In this document: positions 14,054 to 27,563 of the stretch, piece by piece
How the letters are laid out: the number at the start of each line of letters is the position of its first letter
Numbering within the stretch: position 1 is the first letter of the stretch
Origin: Leucoraja erinacea
Taxonomy: Eukaryota
Direction: 5' to 3'
DNA: 64,000 bases
Assembly: GCF_028641065.1 (NCBI RefSeq)
Contig: NC_073386.1
Location: 17,236,001-17,300,000, forward strand
Program-made: the position numbers and the translations under genes
The notes under the pieces: generated by a model
Told to the model about the DNA's origin: nothing
The model's input: only the letters and a program-made list of their open reading frames with translations
The model's database searches: none

Positions 14054-15677
14054 CAGGTGCACAACCTTTTATCTGAACATCCAAATAACGAAAAGCTCCG
14101 AATAGCGGACTTTTTTCGGTCCTTGAAGAAAGGTCCTTGAAGACGTTCACTGAGGGCGGCCCGCAGAGGTGACAGCGGAACCTCGGTCGGTCCTCGAAGA
14201 AAGGGGAACTAAAACCCATTCATAAAAGAGAGGGTGAGGGTATATTGCGCGGGAGGGTTAATAATTGACAATCTGCTGCTGCCTGCCCGCTGAGTTAAAA
14301 AGTTCCCACGGTAGACTCACGATACACAGTGTATACAGTGTATCGTGAGTCTTGCGAGGGAACTTTTTAACTCAGCGGGCAGGCAGCAGCAGATTGTCGC
14401 TCCCTTCAGTTTCACCCCACCTACACCCCTCTGCTTCCCGGCGCGGGGGCTTTGCACTGTCTTCATGTCACCGGAGACGTCAGGACCAACGGTGCACCGA
14501 CCCCCAGGCCCACTGCAAGCACGGAGATCCCAGAGACCCACAGCCAGCAGCAGCCCAGCCCCATTCCAACTCCAGAGGAACACGTTCCCCGTAGGGACAG
14601 AAGCTGATGGTGTGCAAGGTACGTCCTGTTCTTGGGGTTGCGGATGAGGGGGGCGCAGCTCGGGCTATGATGTCTCCGGCCACCCCCTTGTACAGGAGCT
14701 GAGACGTCCTGTACAGGGGGGTGGCCGGAGACGTCCCGTCAGCTCCTGTCCAGGGGGGCGGCCGGAGACGTCAGGACCAACGGGACACCGACTGCAAGCA
14801 CGGAGATCCCAGAGGCTCACAGCCAGCAGCAACTCTAGCCCAGCCCCGCTCCAACTCCAGAGGAACCCGGGTTGTGGATGAGGGGGCGCAGCTCGGGCTG
14901 TGGGCGAACTGCCACTTGTCGCTGTAGCGGCCCATCGGGGAACGGGTTCCTGTTGGTCCTGACGTCTCCGGCCACCCCCCTGGACAGGAGCTGAGAGACG
15001 TCAGGACCACCAGAAGCCGCTCCCCGATGGGCCGCCAGGGCGACAAGTGGCAGTTCGCCCACTGCCCGAGCTGCGACCCCTCATCGGGACACCGACCCCC
15101 AGGCCCACTGCAAGCACGGAGATCCCAGATCAGCAACTCCAGTCCAGCCCCGCTCCAACTCCAGAGGAACACGCTCCCCATAGGGGCAGAAGCTGATGGT
15201 GTGCAAGGTACGTCTTGTTCTTGGGGTGGCGCAGCTCGAGCTGAGGGCGAACTGCCACTTGTCGCTGTAGCGGCCCATCGGGGAGCGGATTCCTCTGGAG
15301 TTGGAGGGACAGGGAGACACAGCGGCTTTTGAGAATGGTGGGCAATCACTTCCAAAGTTCTGCCCACACAGTCAGTACACCTCTCCTACACTTGTCTCCC
15401 GCACTAAGATCATCTTGCAGAGAATGATCCCAGCCTAACCCTCCCTATTCTCTCCTATTCTGCAAGAAAAAAACTACATTGAAGACTCAAACTCGCGATC
15501 GAGTAACTGCCGGGATCGAGGCGCAAACTCGCGACCTTGCGGATACGAGCCGAGCACTCTACCACTGAGCCAGCCGTTAAAATCTACGATAAAAATCTTC
15601 CAATCCGAAAGCCAAAAAATTCCGAATTACGAAAAGTGTCTGGTCGCAAGGCTTTCGGATAAAAGGTTGTGCACCTG
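14054..15677. mobile_element. Non-autonomous Tc1/mariner(pogo)-type element
   Basis: Perfect 20-bp TIR CAGGTGCACAACCTTTTATC / GATAAAAGGTTGTGCACCTG with TA on both sides (14052-14053, 15678-15679); GC-rich modular interior. Confidence 0.88.
15510..15576 (-). pseudogene. tRNA-like sequence (Thr-CGT-like) inside the DNA element
   Basis: Minus strand GGCTGGCTCAGTGGTAGAGTGCTCGGCTCGTATCCGCAAGGTCGCGAGTTTGCGCCTCG: A-box, anticodon loop CT-CGT-AT, degenerate B-box. Confidence 0.55.
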
Positions 15678-18600
15678 TAGTAGACACAAGTAACTACAGA
15701 TGCTGGTTTACAAAAAAAGGCATTGCTGGATTAACTCAGCAGGCAGGCATGATCTCCAGAGAACCGGTCTAGGCAACATTCTAGGTCGGGACTCTTCCAT
15801 CCTAAAGTGTCATTTCCCCATAAATGCCACGAAAACTTGGTATTGTTAATCACTATCTTCCCTTTCACACGCACATGCCCAATACAAATTTATACCCAAA
15901 GCTATTAGAAAACAGGAACTGCAGACTTGAAGTTCAATAATTTATTTATTTATTTTTTAATTTTAAATTCACGGAGATCAGACCAATTTTGCACCAATAA
16001 ATATTAAAAAATTATTAGCATTGAAAACTGATAAAAATGTACGTTTTGCATGCAAGATAAATCCCGAGAAGCTTGGGTTAGGATTAGGGTCATCTTTTGT
16101 CAAAATTTATTCTGGCATTTGTTAATGAAATGCTCAAAATCTCAACACTGCTTGACCAAGAGCGCTCAGTATAAAAGTCAGTAAAAATTGCTGCTTTTCT
16201 CGCTCAGGAAATGTTAAATTATGAATTACAATTTTACAGAATAAAATTATAGGTAAACATGTTCAGAAACATTTCAATTCAAAGAGCATCTTGCATGCTG
16301 TGGTTATTCACAATCAATTTGGATCAATGTGTTAAGCCCCCGTTAAGTCTTTTCCATTAATTGCAGCGATGACAAGACCTTCCCATTACAAAATGTGACC
16401 AGACAAAATCAACATGTTAGTGCTAATATTCTTAATGGAACCTCAGTAGTAATTATTCATCATGCCAAACTGCATCCAAGGGAGAGGAAACATTTCAGTT
16501 TATAGTATCTTTGCCTCAAAATTAAAGGCCACTTCAGAAACTTAGCACACTTTATGTTAATCTGGATTGAGCGCTCATGAGATATTGTTATCTTTTCCAT
16601 CTTTCCGATGGGATAAGCATAGGAAATGCATATATTCTGAAAAATAGACAAATCCTCTCAAGTCCAGGCCATAATCTCTCTCAACTGATATCTAACAGGT
16701 TATCAAATCATTTTACTAGAAGACTCCGCCACTCCAAACATACAATCACAACTGCAGTGCAGCCAGACTACTTGTCACACATCACGAGTTAAAACTCAGT
16801 TGAACTTCCAGAAACCTTTTCTGACTTTGGTTAACTCCTTCATTCAATCAAAAACAGACTGCACAAACCTTTGCATTCTGCTACAAACCCACAACTTCTA
16901 TGCAATTATAAGTTTATAAATGGAAAAATGTACATAACCATTTCCAGCATTAAAATACAGACTTGCATTTATCAATGTTCTCCTGGTTAAGCCCATCCTA
17001 CACTTGAAAAAGCATAAAAAAATATTAACTGCATGCATGTCATCTAAATCAAATCTCAATGGCCCAGCTACTATCTTTTCAGATTTACACTACTGCTCAC
17101 AATGGTTTGGATTTAATGTACATCTTCAAACTCTCCAGCATCTATGTTATTTGGACCCATGGTCAAGTTTATGTTACGAGCTGATAATTGCTATAATGTC
17201 ACAAGTGGCTTCAGTATCATGGCCTCCTTCGTGAAATGACATGCATCTATAGAAATTGGTGTTATTGGAGACATGCTGAATTTCCTTAGTCCTCTGAGGA
17301 AGTAGAGGCATTGGTTTGTTTTCTTGGCCCTTGTGTCAATGTGGCTGTAGGAGGACAAACTGTTGGTGGCCTTTATGGTTTGGAACTTGAAGCTGTCAAC
17401 CTTCTGGTCCACAGTACAACAGCTTATGACCACACATATTGTTAAATTCATGACATGGGAGGGATGGATTAATTTGGACATGCTTTCCAAATCTTTCCAT
17501 GACTGCTGGTGCTTCTCATGATTATATCTGCTGTAGGTTAATTAATGATATAATTCAAAGCTGTGTAGTCTAATTGATATCTTGCACATATTGAATTTAG
17601 TATTCCATGTTGAAGTTTTGGATTTCCATACATGAATACTGATTTTATGCATCAATTTCAATTATTGCTAATCAGAGATTTCATGTTCATGTACCAACTT
17701 CCTGCATTTAAAATGAAGAGTACATAATTACTATTGACACTAACTACTTGCTGGAAAGTTAAAAATAGACGTTCACTCTCAAAGTTGCTAGTTGACTTTT
17801 AACCAACTATCATCACAATAGTACTAAGTATTTAGAATGTCATTTACTGGCCAAATGCCAGATACGTCCCATTTTATATTATTATTACACTTGCTTGTGC
17901 ATTGAGAAAATAAATCAAACATTAATTTGCAAACATTCTATCAGGCTATGTAATTAGTTCAAATAATTCAGAATCCTTTGAAAAATGTAACATCTAAGCT
18001 ATTTGTTTAAATGAATAAATATAACAGAGGACATATGATATGAAAAACAATACCAGTTCTTCACTATATATACACACTGACGTACAAATGGAAATTTTAA
18101 ATTAATTAGAACATAAGCTTTGCTTGGACTGCTAGTCAATGATACAGCTCTGATGATAATGTACTCAAACAAGCACATTAATCGTCAATATTATATTGTT
18201 GGCAAGAAATTGCAATGGAATTGTTTCACTAATATAAACACTTTGCCTGTTAAAAAAAGAATAGCTCTTTTGAAGCGAGGTTATAAGCTTAATATACCAG
18301 AGAAAAATAACTATTACAAATGAATGCCAATGTTCCAGTGAGAATACAAAATCTGTACTAACTGGAATACCAAATTACGCCGGCCTAAAATTATGAAGGA
18401 GTTATATAATTCAAACATGTGAGAATGTGTTTTACTTCTGAAAAAAGAAACTAAACACCATGAATACACGAGTTTCATTAAATGGAAAAGGAAATTCATG
18501 AAAAAAAAACAGTACCGTCCATAATATTTGGGACAAAGGCTCATCATTTATTTATTTCCCTCTGTACTCCACAATTTGAGATTTGTAACAGAAAAAAATT

Positions 18601-18847
18601 GGCATGGCAGATTATTATATCGTTCAAGGTATTTTTTCCTCTAGCCACTAAGATTGAAGACAATTGGTAAGGAGATAGCCTCGTTACGCATGGGAGCTCT
18701 CCATGAGACAAAGCCATCCAAAAATAAATCCTCACAACAGTCTCTTGATTAACAGTTTCTTTATTGTCATAGTAAAAACAGTGAGATATTCATCAAAACA
18801 TCTTCTTGTTTACGTATATTTTAATCTTGCTCGTAGTAAGATCCTTT

Positions 18848-19352
18848 AGAAGGATGAGAGGGCATCTCATTGAAACATATAAGATTGTTAAAGGCTTGGA
18901 CACGCTAGAGGCAGGAAACATGTTCCCAATGTTGGGGGGAATCCAGAACCAGGGGCTACAGTTTAAGAATAAGGAGTAAGCCATTTAGAACGGAGACGAG
19001 GAAATACTTTTTCTCACACAGAGTGGCGAGTCTGTGGAATTCTCTGCCTCAGAGGGCGGTGGAGGTAGGTTCTCTGGATGCTTTCAAGAGAGAGCTAGAT
19101 AGGGCTCTTAAGGATAGCAGAGTCAGGGGATATGGGGAGGAACGGTGTACTGATGAAAGGGGATGATCAACCATGTTCACATTGAATGGCAGTGCTGGCT
19201 CGAAGGGCCAAATGGCCTACTCCTGCTGATGGTAGTAGCATAATTGATTCTGAAGTGTATAGACACATCTTCTCTGCTCAAGTTTAAACAAATGCCTCAA
19301 AACACATTGGCCGGTGTTTCATTCGACAGCAAGCCTACTCCTGCACCTATTG
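18848..19352 (+). mobile_element. CR1-type LINE 3' fragment
   Basis: Closely similar to 7370-7755. Confidence 0.88.
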
Positions 19353-19459
19353 TCGTCAAACTCGTGCATGGTCGAAAGCTGTGTCTTCCTCCCATGCTTC
19401 TTCAACTAAACGAAAACTAACTTGTGCGTCCGCGTCCCCCCCCCCCCCCCCTTTTCTTT

Positions 19460-20340
19460 CAGGGTACCATAATGTTTGGGACACAATCGTGTCATGTAAG
19501 TAAAAGTAGTCATGTTTAGTATTTTGTTGCATATCCTTTGCATGCAATGACTGCTTGAAGTCTGCGATTCATGGACATCACCAGTTGTTGGGTGTCTTCT
19601 CTGGTGATGCCCTGCCAGGCCTCTATTGCAGCCATCTTTAGCTTATGCTAGTCCCCTTCAGTTTTCTCTTCAGCATATAAAAGGCATGCTCAATTGGGTT
19701 TGGATCAGTTGATTCACTTGGTCACTCAAGAATGGAACATTTTTTAGCTTTGGAAAAACTCCTTTGTTGCTTTAGCAGCATGTTTGGGATCATTGTCTTG
19801 CTGTCGAATGAACCACCGGCCAATGTGTTTTGAGGCATTTGTTTAAACTTGAGCAGAGAAGATGTGTCTACACACCAGAATTAATTATGCTACTACCATC
19901 AGCAATTGTATCATCAATGAAAATAAGTGAGCCAGTACCTTCAGCAGCCATACATGCCCAGGCCATAACAACCCCACCACCGTGTTTCACAAATGAACTG
20001 GTATGCTTTGGATCTTGGGCAGTTGATACAAGTTAATCTTCGTAACTTATTGATACAAGTTAATCTTCGTCTCATTTGTCCACAAGACCTTTTTCCGGAA
20101 CTGTGGTTGCTCTTTTAAGTACTACTTGGCAAACTGTAACCCGGCCATCCTATTTTTGCAGCTAACCAGTGGTTTGCATCTTATAGTGCAGCCTCTGTAT
20201 TTCTGTTCATGAAATCTTCTGCAGACAGTGTTCATTGACAAATCCACTCCTGACTCCTGAACCGTGTTTCTGATCTGTCGGACATGCGTTTGGGGATTTT
20301 CTTTATTATAGAGATAATATTTCTGTCATCAGCTGTGAAG
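19460..20340 (-). mobile_element. Tc1-like transposase remnant
   Basis: Minus-strand peptides KHGGGVVMAWACMAAEGTGSLIFID and QQDNDPKHAAKATKEFF, with stops and frameshifts. Confidence 0.85.
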
Positions 20341-23300
20341 GCAATTAGATGGTCAAAATCTCTGGGGAAGATCGTGGATCAGGGCACCAGAAGGCTGACT
20401 ACCATAAATAGTGGGGAACGTGCAGGTCACACATGAATCTATTTGTTGACCCTAATGGAAGTTAAAAAAAGGCAGATGCTGGAAGGTTTAATAGAAACAC
20501 AAAATGCTGCACACATTCAGCAGATCATAAAGCTGTACCCTTTCAAATGTAAACCCTTTGTCCCATCCATATCTTCCCCCATTCATTCTGCAACTAAACA
20601 CTAATTTGTTTTCTCCTTTTCCCTCAGTTCTGATGAATGGTCTTTAACCTGAACCATAACCCGTTTCTTTCCACATATGCTGCCCGACTTCTGAATGTGC
20701 ACAGGATTTTCTGCCTTATATTAAAGTATGGCTTTACAGTAGAGCCTATCTATGGGACCTGAACCCAAGTACCATCCAGTTTGAGTCCAGTCTCCAAAAA
20801 GACCTTTGGGCTTGGGTCAGGATCACATTGGCAAAAGACAATCAGTTTTTAGCTTTATACCTCCGAACCGTTGGTCCTTGGTTCACGAGCAGTATTGAAA
20901 TACCATACGAAGAATTTGTGTTTGCCAGTCTGAGGCATTATTTATTAGTGGAGCTTGCATAGAGAAAGGTGATGTGAAAACATTGTGTTTCTTTTTTTTA
21001 AGCCTGGATATCAATGTTCAAGTTCACGTTTATTGGCACTTAACCAATTAAGGTACAATGAAATTTGAGTTACCATACTAAGTGAAAGGAACACAGTGCA
21101 CACAATATAAAATTTAACATAAACATCCACCATAGTGGAATCAACATGCTTCACTGTAATGGAAGACAATCAAAATCAGTCATCTTCCTCTTTTGTGCAT
21201 TGTATGTTACTGACTAGTCAATTCTGAAATTCCAAATTTCACTGCGCCTTGTCACGTGACAATAAAGTATTCCATTCCATAATTTCTCCCCCCCCCCCCC
21301 CCCCCCCTCACATTCTGATTTGAACATTTTGTTTTAGTTAATATCACTGTATGTGTGCACTTTGTTAAAGTAGGTTGGGCTAACATATTAGAAACAAGGG
21401 CATTTCCAGAGGCATTTGACCTGAACCTGATTGGACCCGACCTGGCAGGCTCAGTCCAGTTCGGGGCATTATCCAAGAACAAATTTGAGCTTAGGTCAGA
21501 CACAGCCCATCTCATTCAAGACCAATATCACTGCAAGTGAACTGTGCATGCAGGTTCCTATATAGGTTTGGGCTACGGCTCAATTTCATAACCAAATAAA
21601 TCTCCACTTCCATGCCTGCTGCTACTGTAAAATTAAATCATATATCCTTGCTGCTCCCTAAAATCTCAATGTGTTGTGTTTGATCCCTTTTGACTTTAGA
21701 AACTTCAGTCTGTGGCAATTTAGTTTCAGATATATTTTCAAGTAAGAGTGAAGAGAGTTAAGAGTCACTCACTATTTATGTTTAGTTCTATTTTAACCAC
21801 CAAAATTGAACTGTATCAAATTCTGAAGTGAAACAAAACTATTGAAGCCCATGTTCAGTTCCTGTTTTGCTTTAAACTACTTAAGTCTGTCAGTTATTGT
21901 TTTAGATGCCACCTATAATGGTGTCTTTATTAAACCTACTTCTCATTTGTCAATTGGTTTGCAATTATTTTAGGGAAACAGTCTTAAAAAATATTAAACA
22001 ATACAGATATTGAATTATCTATTTTACAACAGTGGAAAATTAAGAAATCAATATTAATTATTTCAAAAAATTGAATGAAGAACATACAAACATCCTAGTC
22101 TTTCGCAAATTCATGTTAAAATGCTGAGTTATGTTCTTAAAAACAGAATTTCTTTAAGAACACCACTTGGACCACATCTAAAATAAATCTACCAAAATAA
22201 ACATACAGCGCTGGTACAGGGCCCTTGCTCAATGTTATGTTATTCTATTTTCTCATTACTCACAACATGTCAAGAAATGTACAACGATGGGAAGTCTTGT
22301 AGCAACAGCATTATATATCTCCTGTTACAGAAAATAATATCAAACGTCTGCTTTCAGAAACAAAGGAGTTAAAAGCTATATACATCATTAACAACCCAGT
22401 GTTGCCCAATTTTCAATTACAGCTCTGGATCGAACATTTTTAAAACTGTGAATGGGCATCAACTTTAAAGTGCAGTATTGTTTCCAAAGAGATTCATACT
22501 CTCTCATCTATGTTTTGACAGGAAGGGAGGAGCATCCGAAATCAGTAACAAGCTTCCCCTTTAACTGTTTAACAACACTGTCGTTTAACCCAAAGAGGAT
22601 CTTTGGTTTGACCCACAGACCTTTATTTGTCAAAGGTAGGCAGCGCATTCTTGGAGACTAAACTATAATCTTATAAAAAACAGGGTGGCATCGTAGTTTA
22701 GCTATTAAGAGCTGCTGCCTCACAGCTCCAATGACCTGGATTTAATTCTAAACTCCTTTGCTGTCTGCTAGCTTGTTCTCCCTGTAACTACATGGGCTTT
22801 CCCTGGTTGCTCAGGTTTCCTCCCACATCTCAAAGATTCATGGATTGGTAGATTAAAATTGTCCATCGTCGCAGAATCGGGTGGGGAATTGTTGGGAATG
22901 TGGGGTGAATAAAATGAGATTAGTATAAATGAGCAGAATCATATTCTGATAATACGACATATTAAATAGTTTCCATTATCATGTGACAGGAGCAGAATTA
23001 GGCTATTCAGCCCATCAAGTCTACTCCACCATTCAACAATGGCTGATCCATCTCTCCCTCCTAAACACATTCTCCTATCTTCTCCCATATCCTCGAACAC
23101 ACATACTAATCACAAATCTATCTATCTATCTCTGTCTTAAATATATCTACCGACTTTGCCTCCAAAGTCTACTGTGGCAAAGAATTCCATAGATTCACCA
23201 CCCTCTGACTAAAGAAATTCCTCATCTCCTTCTGAAAATAACATCCTTTAATTCTGAGGCTATGATCTAGACTATCCCACTAGTGGAAAATTCCTCTCCA

Positions 23301-26300
23301 CATCCACTCTTTCCAAGCCTTTTTACTGTTCTGTACGTTTCAATGAGGTCCCTCCTTATTCTTCTACACTCTAGCGAGTACAGGCCCAGTGCCATCTAAT
23401 GCTCATTACATGTTAACCTACTCATTCCTGGGATCATTCTTTGTAAACTTTGTAAAATTTATGGTTCTGGTAGCAGGAATTGCGATAATGGAATACATAT
23501 ATTTCTCTTTGTTGCCCGTGAAACATGCTAGGAGTCAGCCGGAGGAATGAATCTCCGGTAATTTCCATGTGCGACATTTTGTAGTTAGATTTGAAATAAT
23601 TGTACAAGAGTGAAACATAATACAAACATTTACTGAAGTGGGGAAAACAAGTATCCAACCTATTTTATCAAAAGCAATCAAGATTTTAAAATAGCTTTAA
23701 CGGCCTAACTAACCAAACACTCAACCACCTATTTAGCTGACTAACATGAAGGATCAGAATGAAGTCGGGTAATTTTCTGCAAGAATGAGTGGTTGAAGAT
23801 TTCAATACATTTCTCAGTGGATTTATTCTACAGTAAACAATTACATTTCTCGTGCGATAGTGAATATTTTTTGATTACTCCGAGTACCTCTGCACATTCA
23901 TTTATACCATTTTGGGAGACTACTTAGTCAAAGATTGCATACCTGTAAATCCTTGAGGGCAAGTAAACAACTTGAGAAGGCGGCTAAGAGGAATTGTGGA
24001 ATATTATGCTTTAACGGATAAATGTATTATGCTTTAAAGGAAAAATATAAGGATAAATGTAAAAACATCATTAAAAAAAAAAGATACATGTTAAGCTTCA
24101 GCTAAACTATTTCATGTGATTGTGAGCACCCGGCTTTAAAAGGGATGTCAGGGCTTTCAATAGAGGACGATGCCATGGCAGACAAGGGATCCTCAGTTCA
24201 GTGATGAAAGCAGATAAGCTGGAAGGTTTTGCCAAATAGCAAAAAGGGAAGTTCCAATCTAAATGAAGGGTATTGATGAAGCACGAACCAAAAGTATTTC
24301 CTCTTGCAAATGCTTTGATAGATCATGAATATGGAATTAGACAGCATTTTATTAAAAATGGCACAATAAGGGAAAAATGAACAATCATATTCCTTGATTT
24401 TTTTTAAATTGGGATACAATACAAAATTGTGACATGAAATCTGTTGCAAAAAATGTAAATATATACAACTGATTAAAGTGTGAAATAACGCCTACAGGAA
24501 AACGATGTATAGAAATAGGAATTTTCCTTTCAAATGCTAACATGGTTGCATTGAATAGTATCTTTGGAAATTACATAATGATTAACTAAATAGGTGCATC
24601 TGAATTTCATCCAAGAATGATCAACCTTGGGTAATAAAAGCTAAACATAACAGATTCTAACCGGTTGTGGGAAAGTGCAATAGAACAGGACAAAGGCAGA
24701 AAACTAAAAGGCAATTGAACATTTGAGATTGTGGAAACAGGGAACAAACAAATTAGAGGTGAGGGCCAGAATTCTGTGAAGAAACTATACTTATGAAACA
24801 TCAGCAGTATTGCTGTAACAGTGACCTTTTACTGTGCAACAAATTTGGTGCCATTACTCAAGAATACGTTTCAACAATGAATTCTTCTAAGAGTCCAGGA
24901 GGAAATCATGTAGTTACAGCAATTCCTCAGCACGTGCTGGAAATCTATCCAAACAACCTGCACTTGGCGCAGGTACCACAAATCTCGTTTTGAATACAAG
25001 ACAAATAAAAATTATTTTTTGATTAATATTGGTCAATATATAAATGTCAATTTCATTTACAAATAGCTATGCACATTTAAATGTGTTACTATCTTTTATT
25101 AATCATATTTTAGATTAATTTAAATTCAGTTTTTATATATTTTGAGCAATTTTGGAATGTTTTGATCTTTGCTAAATGCCAGATATTCTATTGTTAAAAT
25201 GGCACAATAAGGGAAGAATGAACCCACATTCCCCAAGTTTTTTAAATATATATTGGGATATAATACAAAAGTGACATATTCCAGTATTCTATTGTGACTA
25301 AGCCAGGGCTCACGGCTAAGTCAAAGTTTTTCTCAATGGTGCAGCTGGAAGAACTTATTCCGATTCTCTCTTGCCAGCTGACAGAATGATACCCGAAAGC
25401 CCTGATCTCACTCAAAGTCTCACCTTGGGCAGTTGGCATTAGTGGTTTGTATACACAAGTTGATTGTGGAGCAAAGTTGACACGTGTTAAATGCCCAGGT
25501 TAATGACAAACACTGATTTGGCTCACCAAAACCACAGTAACATTTGTGTTAATCTCATCTTCCAGCATTTAACCTGCAGTTTTCTATGCCTAGGTGATTT
25601 GTGGCTCAACCAGTCACTACTTTAATGGTGTTGGTGTCTCTGCTTCCACCAAAATCTGTGTCGAAATGTATAGGGGTTAGGAAACCAATGGTCAGCAAAA
25701 ACAAAAATGATGGCAATTGTCCTCCAGCATAGGTCAAAATGCAAGCGGCTCAGTTTATAACAAGTTTAATTGAACAGAGAACAACCGTTGAGAGGGATAC
25801 AATCAAAAAACAAACCCTGAGATTAAGGCATTTCAGTGGTGTTCCTGCAGTATGTTAAGGTGAGATTCACAGGGGAAGTAAATAGTCCAGGTGATGAAAG
25901 GATGTGGAATGGAATACACGTCATTCATAAGTCAGAAGGCTAAATTTTAGATTAATTTCTCTCCACAAAATTAATTCAAAAATATATTTTAAAATAATTA
26001 CCTTTCAAAGGAGACATCAAAATCTTACTTTAAGAACTATCTGTGCCACTACTCATAGACAGACAGATTTCGCCATTTTCAACCAAAGCAGAAACAGCCA
26101 TTCAATTAATTATGTTTTCTTGGATGCTCCTTTTCGCAAAATTACCGCGCAAATTTCACTGTGTATGGTACCAAGCCGGCGTGGCAAAATTGAAGTTAAT
26201 GAACTTTAGGATGAAAATACTTCAGTAGTTAAAATCATACTTGGCATTCAACAAAATAGTAATTGGAGTCAATCACCCCACCCCTGGGGCATGATCAAGG

Positions 26301-27295
26301 TAGTGGCCTAGACTCAACCAACTGCTTCATCAATGACTTTCCTTCCATTATAAGGTCCCAGTGGGGATGCTAACTGATGAAGATTTTGGCTAAATTACTT
26401 GCTAATAATTGCTGAATTGCACAAGGGTGAAGTGTAATCACCTTTGCGGAGTACTGGAGGGTTGCCAAGCAAGCAAGGAAATTTGCTTCATATTCAAATT
26501 CATTCACAACTCCCTGACATTGGGAGAAATCTGTCTACGCACTGTAAGACTTAAGAAACAAAAAATTGGTAGGAGGACATTAGTGTTTCATGAAGGTGGC
26601 CTGCCACTACCATCCCCAAGAGCAGCAGGTGACAGGCAATAAATATTAGCCTTGTATGCAATTTCTGCATATCCAAAAAAATGAGAGGGTGGTGGGAATC
26701 AGTTTTAGAAAATAAGTTTATAAGGGATATACCAAATCACACAAGCAAAAGAAGCCTTCTGAAAATAAAAAGGATTGGGTAAATAGTTACATACATTTCA
26801 AATTACACGCCCAACTTAAAAAGATTTAAGTTTATTAGCTTTGTTGTAATTAATCAGCTGACAGTGGAACTAAACATGACAGGCTGGAATTTGAATAAGA
26901 TCCATAGCAAACAGTACCACTAATAAACCGGAAAGTATTTGGTACAACACTTCCAAGATCTATACTGGAATGCTCCACTTGAATGCATATTGAACTTCAC
27001 AGTGGACCTTAAACATACCATACAATTAACTGTGTCAAGCTTACATATGCATCTTAATTTTTTTTTTTTAATATATGGGGCATTTCATGGCATGCCGTAG
27101 AACGTTATAGGTAACAAACTTTAAATTGTACCAGTTTATTAGCAAATATATCAAGGGGACCAGCAAATCCATGTGATACGGTGCTTTATTTAAGCAACTA
27201 TTTGACTGTTCCAACAGACCAAACACTCAAGCTTGAAGTTTTTTTTTTTTTAAGTTCATTGATTTTTCATTATGTGATATTGAAATTCATAACAA

Positions 27296-27563
27296 GGTCA
27301 AGATTATAAATAATGATCTCCTTTTCTTTACACTATTTTCTCTCTCAACTTTCTTCATTTACTCGTTTTCTTTCTTCACACACTATATATTTCACATCTT
27401 TCTATCCTTTACATCTAATTTCTTTTTCTTATTCTCATCTTTTTTCAATGTAACAAAAAAAAAAAAAGTTGTACATAAAATGTATTATGAAAATATATAT
27501 TAGGCACTTTGGTGCCATATGACTGTGCTTACTTCTAATAAAATAAAATATTAAAAAAAAGAA
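27296..27563 (+). mobile_element. 5'-truncated poly(A) retroposon end with a 14-bp TSD
   Basis: TSD GAAATTCATAACAA at 27282-27295 and 27564-27577; AATAAA followed by an A-rich tail. Confidence 0.8.

Noticed and set aside
14771-15367. 198-aa ORF and overlapping ORFs inside the TIR element
   Set aside because: GC-rich repeated modules open in many frames; no DDE or HTH transposase features.
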